From positions 192,001 to 256,000 of the forward strand of contig JAEOUA010000006.1 of the NCBI GenBank assembly GCA_016839555.1: a stretch of 64,000 bases of DNA, read 5' to 3'. The notes under the pieces are model-generated. The model was not told the DNA's origin. It saw nothing but the letters and a program-made list of their open reading frames with translations, and did no database searches. Position numbers and translations under genes: made by a program. The stretch comes from Promethearchaeota archaeon. Its GTDB lineage: Archaea > Asgardarchaeota > Lokiarchaeia > Sigyniarchaeales > SOKP01. Positions 10,583 through 20,665 of this stretch are shown here, piece by piece. The first letter of the stretch is position 1. Each line of letters starts with the position of its first letter.

Positions 10583-11590
10583 ATGGAAAGTAATTTGACG
10601 GAAGGAGAATTTATCTGGGCAATTGGCGGCAAAATTGAGAATAAGTGCACGGTTGGTGATACCACTGTATATAATATCGATGCCGATGAATGGTATAGTA
10701 GCGAAAACGGGCAATTAGCACCGATGCCTCACCCCGTCCAAGGCGCTGGCTGGACCTTTTTTCAAGACAAAATTTTTTGTTTCGGGGGAAAAACCGAACC
10801 TCATAAGGGCTGCTGTGATTATGTTCAGGTCTACAGTTTGGAGGAGGATAAATGGGTGCTCTATGAGAAAATGCCGAAGGCGCGCAGTAAATTGGGGAAA
10901 TTTTATCCGGTGGTAGACGATCATTATATCTATCTTTTTGGAGGGGATGATGAGAAGGGGCCAGCGAGTCGCGTGAATTGGAATTGGAAATATAATCTAT
11001 TGAATGATGATTGGAATACTGAGGTGGCGGATGCTCCATATTCGCAGTCATTTCCTGTGCCCACCTACCATAATGGTTGGCTCTATTATTCTACAGGGAA
11101 CACGGGAAATGAACCAGAGCAAAATACTTACGCTGGGGCATTAAATCAGCGCTATAACATACAGACAGATCAATGGGAAATAATGGATCCATGTCCCATT
11201 CCCACCACTGACGGCTCTGGAGATAAATGGTGCGATGAAATGCATTATATTGGTGGATGGAACACGAATGAAGAATTTTATAACCCAGACAGAGAAAATT
11301 ATAAAGGTCCTGTTAAAAGGCAACATTTAATCTATAATTATGATTCTAATACCTGGCGATTTGAGGCAGAATTACCGGGAAATTGGCATCATGGGGGCAC
11401 CCGCGGCAGCAAGAATTTTCTCTGGCGATTTTTAGGCACTATTGATGAAGATATCGATATAAGGGATCACAATCCTCACTCAAATAAAATCCATCGATGG
11501 AATGGAAAAAAATGGACTGAAATGAAGGAGGCTCCAGTTCGGAAAATGAATTTTGGAACAATTTATACTACAATCGGGCCAAAGATTTAA
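10583..11590 (+). CDS. Kelch-repeat beta-propeller protein
   Basis: Repeated (F/I)GG...Y....W units. Confidence 0.85.
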   Translation: MESNLTEGEFIWAIGGKIENKCTVGDTTVYNIDADEWYSSENGQLAPMPHPVQGAGWTFFQDKIFCFGGKTEPHKGCCDYVQVYSLEEDKWVLYEKMPKARSKLGKFYPVVDDHYIYLFGGDDEKGPASRVNWNWKYNLLNDDWNTEVADAPYSQSFPVPTYHNGWLYYSTGNTGNEPEQNTYAGALNQRYNIQTDQWEIMDPCPIPTTDGSGDKWCDEMHYIGGWNTNEEFYNPDRENYKGPVKRQHLIYNYDSNTWRFEAELPGNWHHGGTRGSKNFLWRFLGTIDEDIDIRDHNPHSNKIHRWNGKKWTEMKEAPVRKMNFGTIYTTIGPKI

Positions 11591-11591
11591 T

Positions 11592-13075
11592 TTATTTTTT
11601 TCTCTTTTGTACTCGTTTTGATTGTTTTTTGAGAACTCTATAAGTTAAATAGAGAGAAGGGATTAACAAAATATCTCGAATTCCGATAGTTGTGGAAAAA
11701 TTTGAGAGAGAATTTTTCAATTCGATAATAAATTCTCTAAATAATTGTCTACTTTTAATATCTCCTGTTTCTTCAATTGTTAATAGGAAATAAATTGAAA
11801 TTAAAGCAATAATAATAGATATAAAGAATAAAATGAATACCCCATTGAATGTAAAGGAGAATGGAATATAATTAAAGTTAAGATCAAATTCTGAGGGGTT
11901 TAGATAATCGAATATCACACCTCCAATGATTGGAGAAATCCCTAGCGATATAGAGGTAATTATAGTGGTAATAGCTAAATAGGAAGTTCCTTCTTCTTTT
12001 GGTGTCAATTTTAGGCTTATATTTCCTGTGGAAAGAATGATGCCTGATGTTGCTACACCTATGAATAGATATGTTACTACTAATAGTGATATTAAAATTA
12101 TACTATTATTTAAGATTGTTGTAAATGAGAATAGGAAAGTACAAAGTATAAATAGAGGACAGCATATTTTAAGCATAGTTTTATTACTATATTTGTCAGT
12201 AAGTCGACCAAATATCCTAAAGAAAATTATATTAGAAACTTGGCTGAGAATGGTTAAAGCCATTACAAAGGTTAACGGAAATTTCAAATTCATTAAAAGA
12301 TATACCGTAAAAAAAGGAGTAATTAAATTAAATCCAAAGCTCCAAAAAATTAAAAAAGTAAGAAGGCGTTTATAATTTTTATCTTTAAAGGGAGTTATTA
12401 CTATTTTTGAAAATCTCAATTTATTTTCACGTAGTTTCATAACAGGTTCAGGAACTTTAGATATAAAAAAGATACTTATCATTCCAAACATGAACGCGAT
12501 AAGAAATAAAAAAGAATAAGAGAAAAGTTCATGTTCAAGAAAGTTACTTTTCCAAAATTCAATAAAGTTAGCAGCGATTAAGCTTGTAAAGAGAATAAAT
12601 ATGGAAGAGATAAATTGTCGTTTGCCGAAAAACCTTCCCAATTCATTTTTCGGAACTAAATCATTCATCCAAGAAGTCCACGCCGTTTGACCTAGTGAAG
12701 AAAACAAATATCGTAGAATGAGAAATACCATAAAAAAAAAGAGAAGTAACTCTGATTGGAAAAAAAAAGGAATTAAAGCTATTAATAAAAGAGAGATTCT
12801 ATAAAAGAGGAGAAAAGAAATGGTGATTAATTTTCTTTTTCGAACTTTTTCAACCAAAAATACGGCAAAAATTTGACTTAATTGACAGAATGCAGGAATA
12901 GCAGCGATAAGCCCTGTAATTATAGGAGATGCTCCCATACTTAAGGCAAAAGCAATTAAAAAGTACCTGAAGTCAAGTTTACCATTATTTGGGAGGTAAA
13001 GCCATCGTTTAAAACATATTTAAGACCTTTTCGTACATCTTCTTGGGTTAAGGTTTCTTTTAGCAAGAATTTCAT
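11592..13075 (-). pseudogene. MFS transporter with a one-base frameshift near 12960; the track shows only 11592-12938
   Basis: Upstream frame from ATG 13075 reads MKFLLKETLTQEDVRKGLKYVLNDGFTSQIMVNLTSGTF*; one extra T in the T5 run gives ...GTFLIAFALSMGAS, continuous with the ORF; LGRFFGKR and FGRLTDKYS MFS motifs. Confidence 0.8.
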
Positions 13076-13370
13076 TGTATTATGAATTAAATTTCTTTTT
13101 ATTTTATACTTAAAAAAATGGTTGAAGTTCTTTTTAATATCTATCTAATTATTTAACTTATTCTTTATTATAATAAATAGATTTTAATATAATAAGATTT
13201 AAATAACAATTTTTACTTAATGAATATGGGTAAGAAAATGAGGTTTAAAAAAACATTTACACAAAATTATTCCAAAAAGCTCAATTTTATGGATTTTTAC
13301 CCACAAATTCAACGAGAGTAAATGTTATAATATAAACTTCCAGAAATAACTTTTCTGAGGTGTTATTATT

Positions 13371-15101
13371 TTGAATATAAATAAATTAAAATTCAAAAAA
13401 GAGAAAATTATACTTACAACGTGCATTGGTCAATGTGTTCATGTTGCTGGAACGCAAAATTTCATTAATATCGCAGAAAAATTAGGGTTTAAATGTGTTT
13501 TTTTAGGTCCAGCTAGACCTATTTCAGAAGTGATAGAAGCTATTAAATTGTACAATCCTGAAATAATTGGATTAAGTTATCGATTAACGGCTTCTACAGT
13601 AAAACCACTACTCGAGGAATTTTTTAAAAAGATTGAAAGATTAGACCAACCCCCTGGTAAATTAATTTTTGCTGGAACTCCAGAAGTAGTGGAAATTGCT
13701 AAAAAATTTAAGAGGTTTGATCATTATTTTGTTGGAGGAGAACCACGGTATGAAATTATTTCTGTTTTAAAAAATTCTGAAACTAATGCTGAGGGATTAT
13801 TGGAGATTCCTTCGAATCTTATATCTCGGATAGAATGGAAAAAACCATTTCCCTTGTTCAGAGCCCATTTTGGTCTTCCCAGTTTAGAAAAAACAATTGA
13901 TGGGATTAAAAAAATAGCACGGGCAAAAGTATTAGATGTAATTTCTATAGCGCCCGATCAAAACACACAAGAGAATTTTTTTCATCCAGAGGACCAGAAT
14001 AAAGAATCATCTGGAGCAGGAGGGGTTCCTTTAAGAAGTTCTGAAGATTTTAAGAAATTAGACAAGGCTCGGTTATGTGGCAACAAACCATTATTACGAA
14101 TTTATGCCGGAACACGAGATTTCATAAAATTAGCAGAACTCTATCAAAAAACGATAAAAAACGCATGGGCTGCGATACCAATTTTTTGGTTTAATCAAAT
14201 GGATGGAAGGGGGCCTTTAACTTTAAAGGAATCCATTAAACAACATTTAGAAGCAATTAAATGGCATGGAGATCATTCTATTCCTGTTGAAATGAATGAT
14301 CCGCATCAATGGAGTCTTAGAAATGCACCAGATGCGATCGCCGTCGCGGATATGTATTTATGTGGAATAATTGCGAAAAAATTAGGAGTAAAACATTTTG
14401 TTGCTCAATATATGTTTAATACCCCGCCGAATCTCTCTTTTGACATGGATTTAGCCAAAATGTTAGCTAAAAATGAGCTATTACTGTCTCTTCAGGATGA
14501 TTCCTTTCGAATTATAAAACAAGTCAGAACAGGGTTAGCAAGTTTTCCATTAAACTTGAATAAGGCGAAAGGACAGTTAGCAGCAGCTACTTTGATCCAA
14601 TTACTATTAAAGCCTGATATAATACATATTGTTAGTTTTTCAGAAGCATCACATGCGGCATTACCAGAAGATATTATTGAGAGTTGCGATATTGTAGATC
14701 AAGTTGTCCATCGAATGTATTCAAGTAATATAACCTTTCATAATAAGCAAATCGAAAAAAGAAAACAATCTTTAATCCAACAAGCACAATGGATTATAAA
14801 TCTAATTCCAAATTTAGCCAAAGATCCTGAAGAACAACGGAATCCGTGGACAAACCCTAATGTCTTGACTCATTTAGTCAAATATGGAATCTTTGATGCG
14901 CCACATTTGATAAATAATCTATTCGCTAAGGGAGAAATCAAAACAGACCTAATAGATGGGGCATGTTGTTCTATTGATAATTGCCTTCAAGAACCCATTA
15001 ATGAAATAGAAAGAATTACAAAAATTTTAAGTAATTTGAAAGAATTTAATTTTAATAATCTTATAATTAAGGAGTTATCTAAACAGGAGGTGATAAATTG
15101 A
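13371..15101 (+). CDS. Cobalamin-binding domain protein with a large uncharacterised C-terminal domain
   Basis: N-terminal QCVHVAG (DxHxxG-like), IGLSYRL and IFAGT B12-binding Rossmann motifs. Confidence 0.75.
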   Translation: MNINKLKFKKEKIILTTCIGQCVHVAGTQNFINIAEKLGFKCVFLGPARPISEVIEAIKLYNPEIIGLSYRLTASTVKPLLEEFFKKIERLDQPPGKLIFAGTPEVVEIAKKFKRFDHYFVGGEPRYEIISVLKNSETNAEGLLEIPSNLISRIEWKKPFPLFRAHFGLPSLEKTIDGIKKIARAKVLDVISIAPDQNTQENFFHPEDQNKESSGAGGVPLRSSEDFKKLDKARLCGNKPLLRIYAGTRDFIKLAELYQKTIKNAWAAIPIFWFNQMDGRGPLTLKESIKQHLEAIKWHGDHSIPVEMNDPHQWSLRNAPDAIAVADMYLCGIIAKKLGVKHFVAQYMFNTPPNLSFDMDLAKMLAKNELLLSLQDDSFRIIKQVRTGLASFPLNLNKAKGQLAAATLIQLLLKPDIIHIVSFSEASHAALPEDIIESCDIVDQVVHRMYSSNITFHNKQIEKRKQSLIQQAQWIINLIPNLAKDPEEQRNPWTNPNVLTHLVKYGIFDAPHLINNLFAKGEIKTDLIDGACCSIDNCLQEPINEIERITKILSNLKEFNFNNLIIKELSKQEVIN

Positions 15102-16210
15102 TGAAATTTTGTGTAATTGGAGCAGGTTCAGGAGGAAGAGCTTTTGCTGCGTATTTGGCATCGAAAGGATGTCATGTGCATCTTTATAATCGCTCTTTTT
15201 CAAGAATCGAACATATAAAAAAGAAAGGTGGTATTAAAGCAAAAGGGGCCGTAAAGGGTTTTTTTCCACTTAAAAAAATTACAATTAATTTGGAGTCCGC
15301 AGTAAAAGATGTAGATATTATAATGATTGCAATTCCCGCTTCAGGACATAGAGATATAGCAAAAAAACTAGTGCCTTATTTGTCACAAGACCAAATAGTA
15401 ATACTTAATCCTGGTAGAACATTTGGCGCTGTTGAATTTAAAAGAGTGATTGAAAAAAGACGGAGCGGATTAAATATTTTTATTGCCGAAACGCAAACTC
15501 TTTTATTTACAACTAGGGCATTGAAGAGGCATGGAGTTAGAATATTCAAGATAAAAGAATCTATTAAATTTTCTACTTTTCCTGAAAGATATAATTTTTT
15601 CATCGAAGATACATTAAAAGACATCTTTCCACAATTCCAATCTGTTGATAACTATTTTGAACTTACCTTAAATAATGTGGGGATGCTACTACATCCAACA
15701 ATAACGTTATTAAATTCAGGAGCTATTGAAACCGGCAAGGAATTTAAATATTACAGGGAGGGGGCAACAAAAAGCATTTGTAAAATCCTTGAATCAATAC
15801 AATTTGAAATTAATCAAATTCTCATGAAAATAGGTTTAAAAAGATTTGATTTTTGTTGTTGGGCCACTCAAGTATATGGAGTTTCTGGAAAAACGATTTA
15901 TGATACGATCCAAAAAATTGAGGCATATAAAGAAATTGAATCTCCTTCAAAATTAAAAACGAGATATTTTACTGAAGATGTACCCACCGGTCTTGTCCCT
16001 TTGGCCTCTTTGGGTAAGTTTTTAGATGTTGATACCCCCACAATTGATTCAATAATTCATTTATCAAGTATTTTATGTGGTGTTGATTTTTGGGAAGAAG
16101 GACGAGATATTGAAACATTAAACCTTATCGCTTTATTGAAAGATGAATTAACCCAAAAAGATGTAATAACAAAAGTATATAATAAAAAAGAAATATCTTA
16201 TATAATATAA
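15098..16210 (+). CDS. NAD/NADP octopine/nopaline (opine) dehydrogenase family protein
   Basis: VIGAGSGG, LNPGRTFG, NVGMLLHP and RYFTEDVPTGLVP motifs. Confidence 0.9.
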   Translation: MMKFCVIGAGSGGRAFAAYLASKGCHVHLYNRSFSRIEHIKKKGGIKAKGAVKGFFPLKKITINLESAVKDVDIIMIAIPASGHRDIAKKLVPYLSQDQIVILNPGRTFGAVEFKRVIEKRRSGLNIFIAETQTLLFTTRALKRHGVRIFKIKESIKFSTFPERYNFFIEDTLKDIFPQFQSVDNYFELTLNNVGMLLHPTITLLNSGAIETGKEFKYYREGATKSICKILESIQFEINQILMKIGLKRFDFCCWATQVYGVSGKTIYDTIQKIEAYKEIESPSKLKTRYFTEDVPTGLVPLASLGKFLDVDTPTIDSIIHLSSILCGVDFWEEGRDIETLNLIALLKDELTQKDVITKVYNKKEISYII

Positions 16211-16294
16211 TTTTTTTTTTAAGAAGCAACTCATTTTTTTATTAGAGTAAAAATCTAACAGGTAACAAAACAGAATGAAACATTAATCATAAAT

Positions 16295-17059
16295 TTAATA
16301 ATAGCCTGCCATTTTAAAGCATATAATTCCACCAAATTGGTCGATACGCTTCCCAGCGGGACTTTCCCCGAAAATAACTTTAGTTATAATTCCTTTATTC
16401 TCTGCAATTTGTTTAAGCCGATAAATTCGGTTTTTATTTTCATGATTTTCGAGAAATTCATCCGTTAAAAGAAGGTAATCGACTTTTTCTGCAATTGAAT
16501 TATCTTTTTTCCCGCCTTCATAAATTAGATTCTCTATCTCTTTTAATCCATACACAACTAATATATTCGGATTATTTGCGTTGATGGATTTTTCAAGTTC
16601 TTTAATTAAAAAATAAGCTTCTTCTGAAGTTATACGTTTAATTATTTTCTGGGTTTTTTCTTGCTCTATGAGATAACGTACTCCACTTAATTCATTAGCA
16701 TTTCCAGCAATCTGCCCAAATACTACTTGTTTACTTCCTTTTGAATCTATGAGCCAGCGATGATGTTTTTGTATATGCTCCAAAAATTTAGTTGTGCAAT
16801 TGGATCCCTGAGGTTCTGCCAGAAGGACGCTTTTTAAACCCGAATCCATCAAAAATCTTAAGAGATCGATTAAATCTTCATAAAAGTGATACATATCCTT
16901 TTCACTGGTATGCTTCCATTTTCTAGGTAATTTCATAGTCTTATATTTTCTCACCGTTTCACTAAAGACCTTCCATATATGAATTGCTTGCTCATCACAT
17001 CCCACTAAAATGCAGACCGCAAATCCGCGTTTTTTATTTTTCTTTTTCCTTTTACCCAT
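16295..17059 (-). CDS. Pelota/aRF1-like protein with domains 2-3 only
   Basis: VVYGLKEI...VDYLLLTD...SPAGKRIDQFGGIICF eRF1_3-type C-terminus; likely start MGKRKKK at 17059. Confidence 0.7.
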   Translation of the reverse strand: MGKRKKKNKKRGFAVCILVGCDEQAIHIWKVFSETVRKYKTMKLPRKWKHTSEKDMYHFYEDLIDLLRFLMDSGLKSVLLAEPQGSNCTTKFLEHIQKHHRWLIDSKGSKQVVFGQIAGNANELSGVRYLIEQEKTQKIIKRITSEEAYFLIKELEKSINANNPNILVVYGLKEIENLIYEGGKKDNSIAEKVDYLLLTDEFLENHENKNRIYRLKQIAENKGIITKVIFGESPAGKRIDQFGGIICFKMAGYY

Positions 17060-17259
17060 TGTAATTATCAAAGAGTAATAAGTCAAAAACATTTTGGCTT
17101 ATATTTTAAGAAGATTATAGTTTAACGGTAATGAATAATTGCGGTAATTTTTTTTTTGATTCTTTAAAATTTTATCAAATTATTTAGTAGATAATATTAT
17201 AGATTTTTTTTCTAAACTCTCAGGTAGTTCTCTTTTATTAGAAAATAAGAAGATATAAA

Positions 17260-17277
17260 TATGTGTATGTGTATGTG
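17260..17277 (+). promoter_or_regulatory. Three direct TATGTG repeats between TATA box and antitoxin start, putative autorepression operator
   Basis: TATAAA at ~17254, then (TATGTG)x3, then ATG at 17284. Confidence 0.55.
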
Positions 17278-17283
17278 CAATAT

Positions 17284-17517
17284 ATGGGATCAAAAAATAT
17301 TAGTATTACAGAGGATGTTTATAATAAATTAATAAAAATAAAGAAGGAAGATGAAAGTTTCTCTGAATTATTTTTAAGATTACTCAATTCGCAAAAAAGT
17401 AATATAGAGGATGCATTTGGAGCTTGGAATCTCACAGAAGAAGAGAAAAGGGATATTTGGGATGATATAACGAAAAGAGAAGGAAGAAAATGGCAAAAAT
17501 CTAGCTTCGAGGAGTAA
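17284..17517 (+). CDS. vapB: VapB-type antitoxin
   Basis: MGSKNISITEDVYNKLIKIKKEDESFSELFLRL typical archaeal VapB; directly upstream of PIN toxin. Confidence 0.88.
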   Translation: MGSKNISITEDVYNKLIKIKKEDESFSELFLRLLNSQKSNIEDAFGAWNLTEEEKRDIWDDITKREGRKWQKSSFEE

Positions 17518-17519
17518 AA

Positions 17520-17927
17520 ATGATTGTTTTGGATACAGTTGCCTGTATTGATTATTTAAATGGAGATGGAGACTTAAAAAGTCTTTTAGGCAAACAGGAG
17601 GACTTTTTGCTAATAACCGCAATTACTATATATGAAATAAATATTGGTTTAGAGAAGACAAGAAGAAAAATATCAGAAGAACGTTATAGAAAACTTAATA
17701 ATAAATGGATTAAGTTCATATCCGGGATGCAAATTTTAGCTCTTGGATTCAAAGAGGCAAAGAAATCAGCTGAGATATATGATGAATTAGTTTCTAAAGG
17801 ACAAATAATTGATGATAATGATATTTTAATAGCAGGTATTATGCTAGCTAATGGAATCATTAAAATCATTACAAGGAATATAGACCATTTTAATAGAATA
17901 GCATCTTTGGACGTATTATCTTATTAA
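17520..17927 (+). CDS. vapC: VapC PIN-domain toxin
   Basis: MIVLDT, TIYE, DNDILIAG and ITRNIDHF PIN motifs. Confidence 0.93.
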   Translation: MIVLDTVACIDYLNGDGDLKSLLGKQEDFLLITAITIYEINIGLEKTRRKISEERYRKLNNKWIKFISGMQILALGFKEAKKSAEIYDELVSKGQIIDDNDILIAGIMLANGIIKIITRNIDHFNRIASLDVLSY

Positions 17928-17965
17928 ACTAAATTTATATTTTTGATTGTCTCCTTTTAGGTTTT

Positions 17966-19230
17966 TTAAAAAACTGTGATTAGATAATATACCCGGATGA
18001 TTAGGATTACAGTGAATAATACTGATTGTATGATAAATTTTGGTACAAGAGAGAAGAAGATAATAAGAAGAATTTTCAGCGAAAAGGCTAAGCTAATAAC
18101 GATGAGAGCCCTTACTTGGACTTTTTTCGAGTGGCTTTCTTTATATAAATTTTCTCCACAAATTACCAGAGCAATCCCGAAAATAGTATTATATATATTA
18201 ACATTTCATAGTCCGGACTGCCCGTTATAAATCCCATATAAGCTAATAAATATAAAAGATATCCCAATCCTAAGCCTCTAATCATAACTACCGTAAGATA
18301 GTCGAATTTTTCAACAGTATTCATGGCTTCAAACCTTATTTTTGAAGTAAAGAATATATAAAAAGTAAATAAATTCATTACGATTACAATAATCATTAAA
18401 ATATTGATATATAATTTGCCTTGGGCGACGCCCCACATCATTAATATGAAATAGGTAATAGAATTCAAAAATGTAATGGTAGCAGAAGTAATAATTACCG
18501 ATGTTTCAAGCGTTAAATTATATTTAGATAGTTTCATAAGCTTATGAGAACGTACCAGAAAAAGAAAGGCAAAAATTAATGCCGTTACTAAAATTTCAAT
18601 CGCTGGAGCTAATTCTAACCTTAATGCTAGTAACCCTATAATTACGTGGAATATACCTGCAAGAAAGAAAATTTTCGAGGCTATACTTATTTTTTTAGTA
18701 TTTTTTTTGATAAAGGAGTGCTTTTGCTCGATAATAGATACTGATTCTGAATCATCATCGAAAAAGGAAAATAATTTACGGAGAATTTTTATACTTAAAA
18801 TCCCAGAGAGATTAATTTTTCCAGAAAATAATTTTTTCATCAGATCACGTCGATCAAGCGTCCCTTCTGAAAGTCTCTTAAAGATTGAGAGGGGTGCTAT
18901 TAATTTTTGGTCCCATCCTATTTGCTTTTTCTTTAAGGAGTCTGAATCTTTCTCGACTAAGCTTTCTATATTAATAGTTCCTTTCTCAATTATGAGTAAA
19001 ACGGCACCATGTCCATCGGATGTATGTAAGAGAATTTTAAAATTAAGATCTTGGGCAAATATCTTGAATTTTTCATTTGAATTTAATGGATATAGTATTT
19101 TCTTTAGGAATACTGCGAATTTATTTGCTGCAGTCTCTAAGGATTGTCCCTCACTTGGATTTTCCTCAAAATTTTTTCTAATATCCATTTCCCATTCCTT
19201 GAGTGTGTATATTTCTTTTACTTCTTTCAT
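17966..19230 (-). CDS. SCP2-like N-terminal domain fused to multi-pass membrane domain; apparent frameshift near 18181
   Basis: LSEGTLD...KLFSGKINLSG SCP2-like motif, then TM helices; the shifted frame continues GIALVICGENLYKE...IRVYYLITVF* to 17966. Confidence 0.6.
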
Positions 19231-20500
19231 TTTTAATGGATTTGATTCTTGATTTGATCTGCTTGGCGCCATTATTTAAAATATTACGCACTATGAATGA
19301 GGGTTCTTGTATTGCTTTTTCTTTTAAAATCTTATTTTTTAGGATTAACGTATCGAGATATAACTCCTCATCAATTAATCTATGGCCTTTTATAAGAATA
19401 TCAAGGATATATAGAGCTAATTGATATTTATTATTATCTAGGAGCATCTTAGCATGATTATAATACTTATGAGCATTATTCAATTTTAAAAATTCTATTG
19501 CTATTTCCTCTGATTTTGCGGGAAAGAGGTCGGAGGGGTTTCCAGAATCATACCAACCATGATATAATCGATATACAGCATGAATAGCGAATCTATAATC
19601 TCCATAAAGCGGTTTAAGATAGTCATGAGCTTTAAATTTCTCAGGATATATTTCCAGCATTTCATGGAAAATTTGCTCAAACCATTTTCCTTCATTTAAT
19701 CGCTGTACTACCTCATCATGAACAAAATGCATCGCTTCCGCAGTAATTTCTAATACATCTCTTACTTTTTCTTTTCCCTCAATGAGCGGTCCATGCCCTG
19801 GAATTATATACTTCGCGTCTTTTTGCAAAATATGTTCCATGGCGAGCGCCCAGTGTTTTGGATATCTTTGCACCTTATAGGGATTTCCCACATTGGGATA
19901 AGAAGATATCATAAGATCTCCTGAGCATACCAATTCTTTTTCAGAGACCCATAACCATAGGGAATCATCAGTCTCTCCCTTATCATGATTTAATTCAAAT
20001 TCAAGTCCCCCTAATTCAAATCGATAAGGTGTTTTCCCATCAAGGATAATAGTTGGTTCTAAGACATCATGAGGAGATACTACTTCATCTTGACTTCCCG
20101 CAACTGACGCGAATTGTTGAGCGTTCAGCCACTTATGATACTCATCCAGCATTTGATATTTTGCAAATCGATTTAGGCAATTTTCATGTGCAATAATCTG
20201 GGGCATTTCCCATCCATTTTCCTTGATTTCTGAAATAAAGGGTTCAAACCCATAGCAATGGTCGAAATGCCCATGACTGTAGATTAAATATTTGATTGGT
20301 TTCTGAGTAATATCTCTAACAGCCTGAAAGTTTCGAGGACCATATTGTTTTAATGCGATATCAAACACCACCAACCCTTCATCAGTTTCAATAATGCCCA
20401 TATTTCCGAATGAGGGAATTAAATGGCATGTATTATCATTAAAGCTCTTCTGGGGAAACATTCCGACAAAAAATTTTATATCATTTTGAGAATAACTCAT
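19178..20500 (-). CDS. Metallo-beta-lactamase-fold alkyl/aryl-sulfatase-like hydrolase
   Basis: SHGHFDH, GETDD, SGD, PGHG and YHGWYDSGNPSDL motifs of the SdsA/AtsA type. Confidence 0.85.
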   Translation of the reverse strand: MSYSQNDIKFFVGMFPQKSFNDNTCHLIPSFGNMGIIETDEGLVVFDIALKQYGPRNFQAVRDITQKPIKYLIYSHGHFDHCYGFEPFISEIKENGWEMPQIIAHENCLNRFAKYQMLDEYHKWLNAQQFASVAGSQDEVVSPHDVLEPTIILDGKTPYRFELGGLEFELNHDKGETDDSLWLWVSEKELVCSGDLMISSYPNVGNPYKVQRYPKHWALAMEHILQKDAKYIIPGHGPLIEGKEKVRDVLEITAEAMHFVHDEVVQRLNEGKWFEQIFHEMLEIYPEKFKAHDYLKPLYGDYRFAIHAVYRLYHGWYDSGNPSDLFPAKSEEIAIEFLKLNNAHKYYNHAKMLLDNNKYQLALYILDILIKGHRLIDEELYLDTLILKNKILKEKAIQEPSFIVRNILNNGAKQIKSRIKSIKNERSKRNIHTQGMGNGY

Positions 20501-20665
20501 ATATTATCCTCTCATATTCTTTCTATTTCTTTTTTTAATTTTATTTCTTATTTCATATTTCTTTTCTTTTATTTTATAATGGTGCTTATTTTTGTTATTA
20601 TATTTATTTTAGGGATTTAGTTAAATAAAGCTAAATTATTATATTATTTAATTATCGAAAAATAA

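Noticed and set aside
13080-13370. Cobalamin riboswitch upstream of the B12 protein
   Set aside because: Very AT-rich with no B12-box; only a distant TGGGTAA/TTACCCA pair
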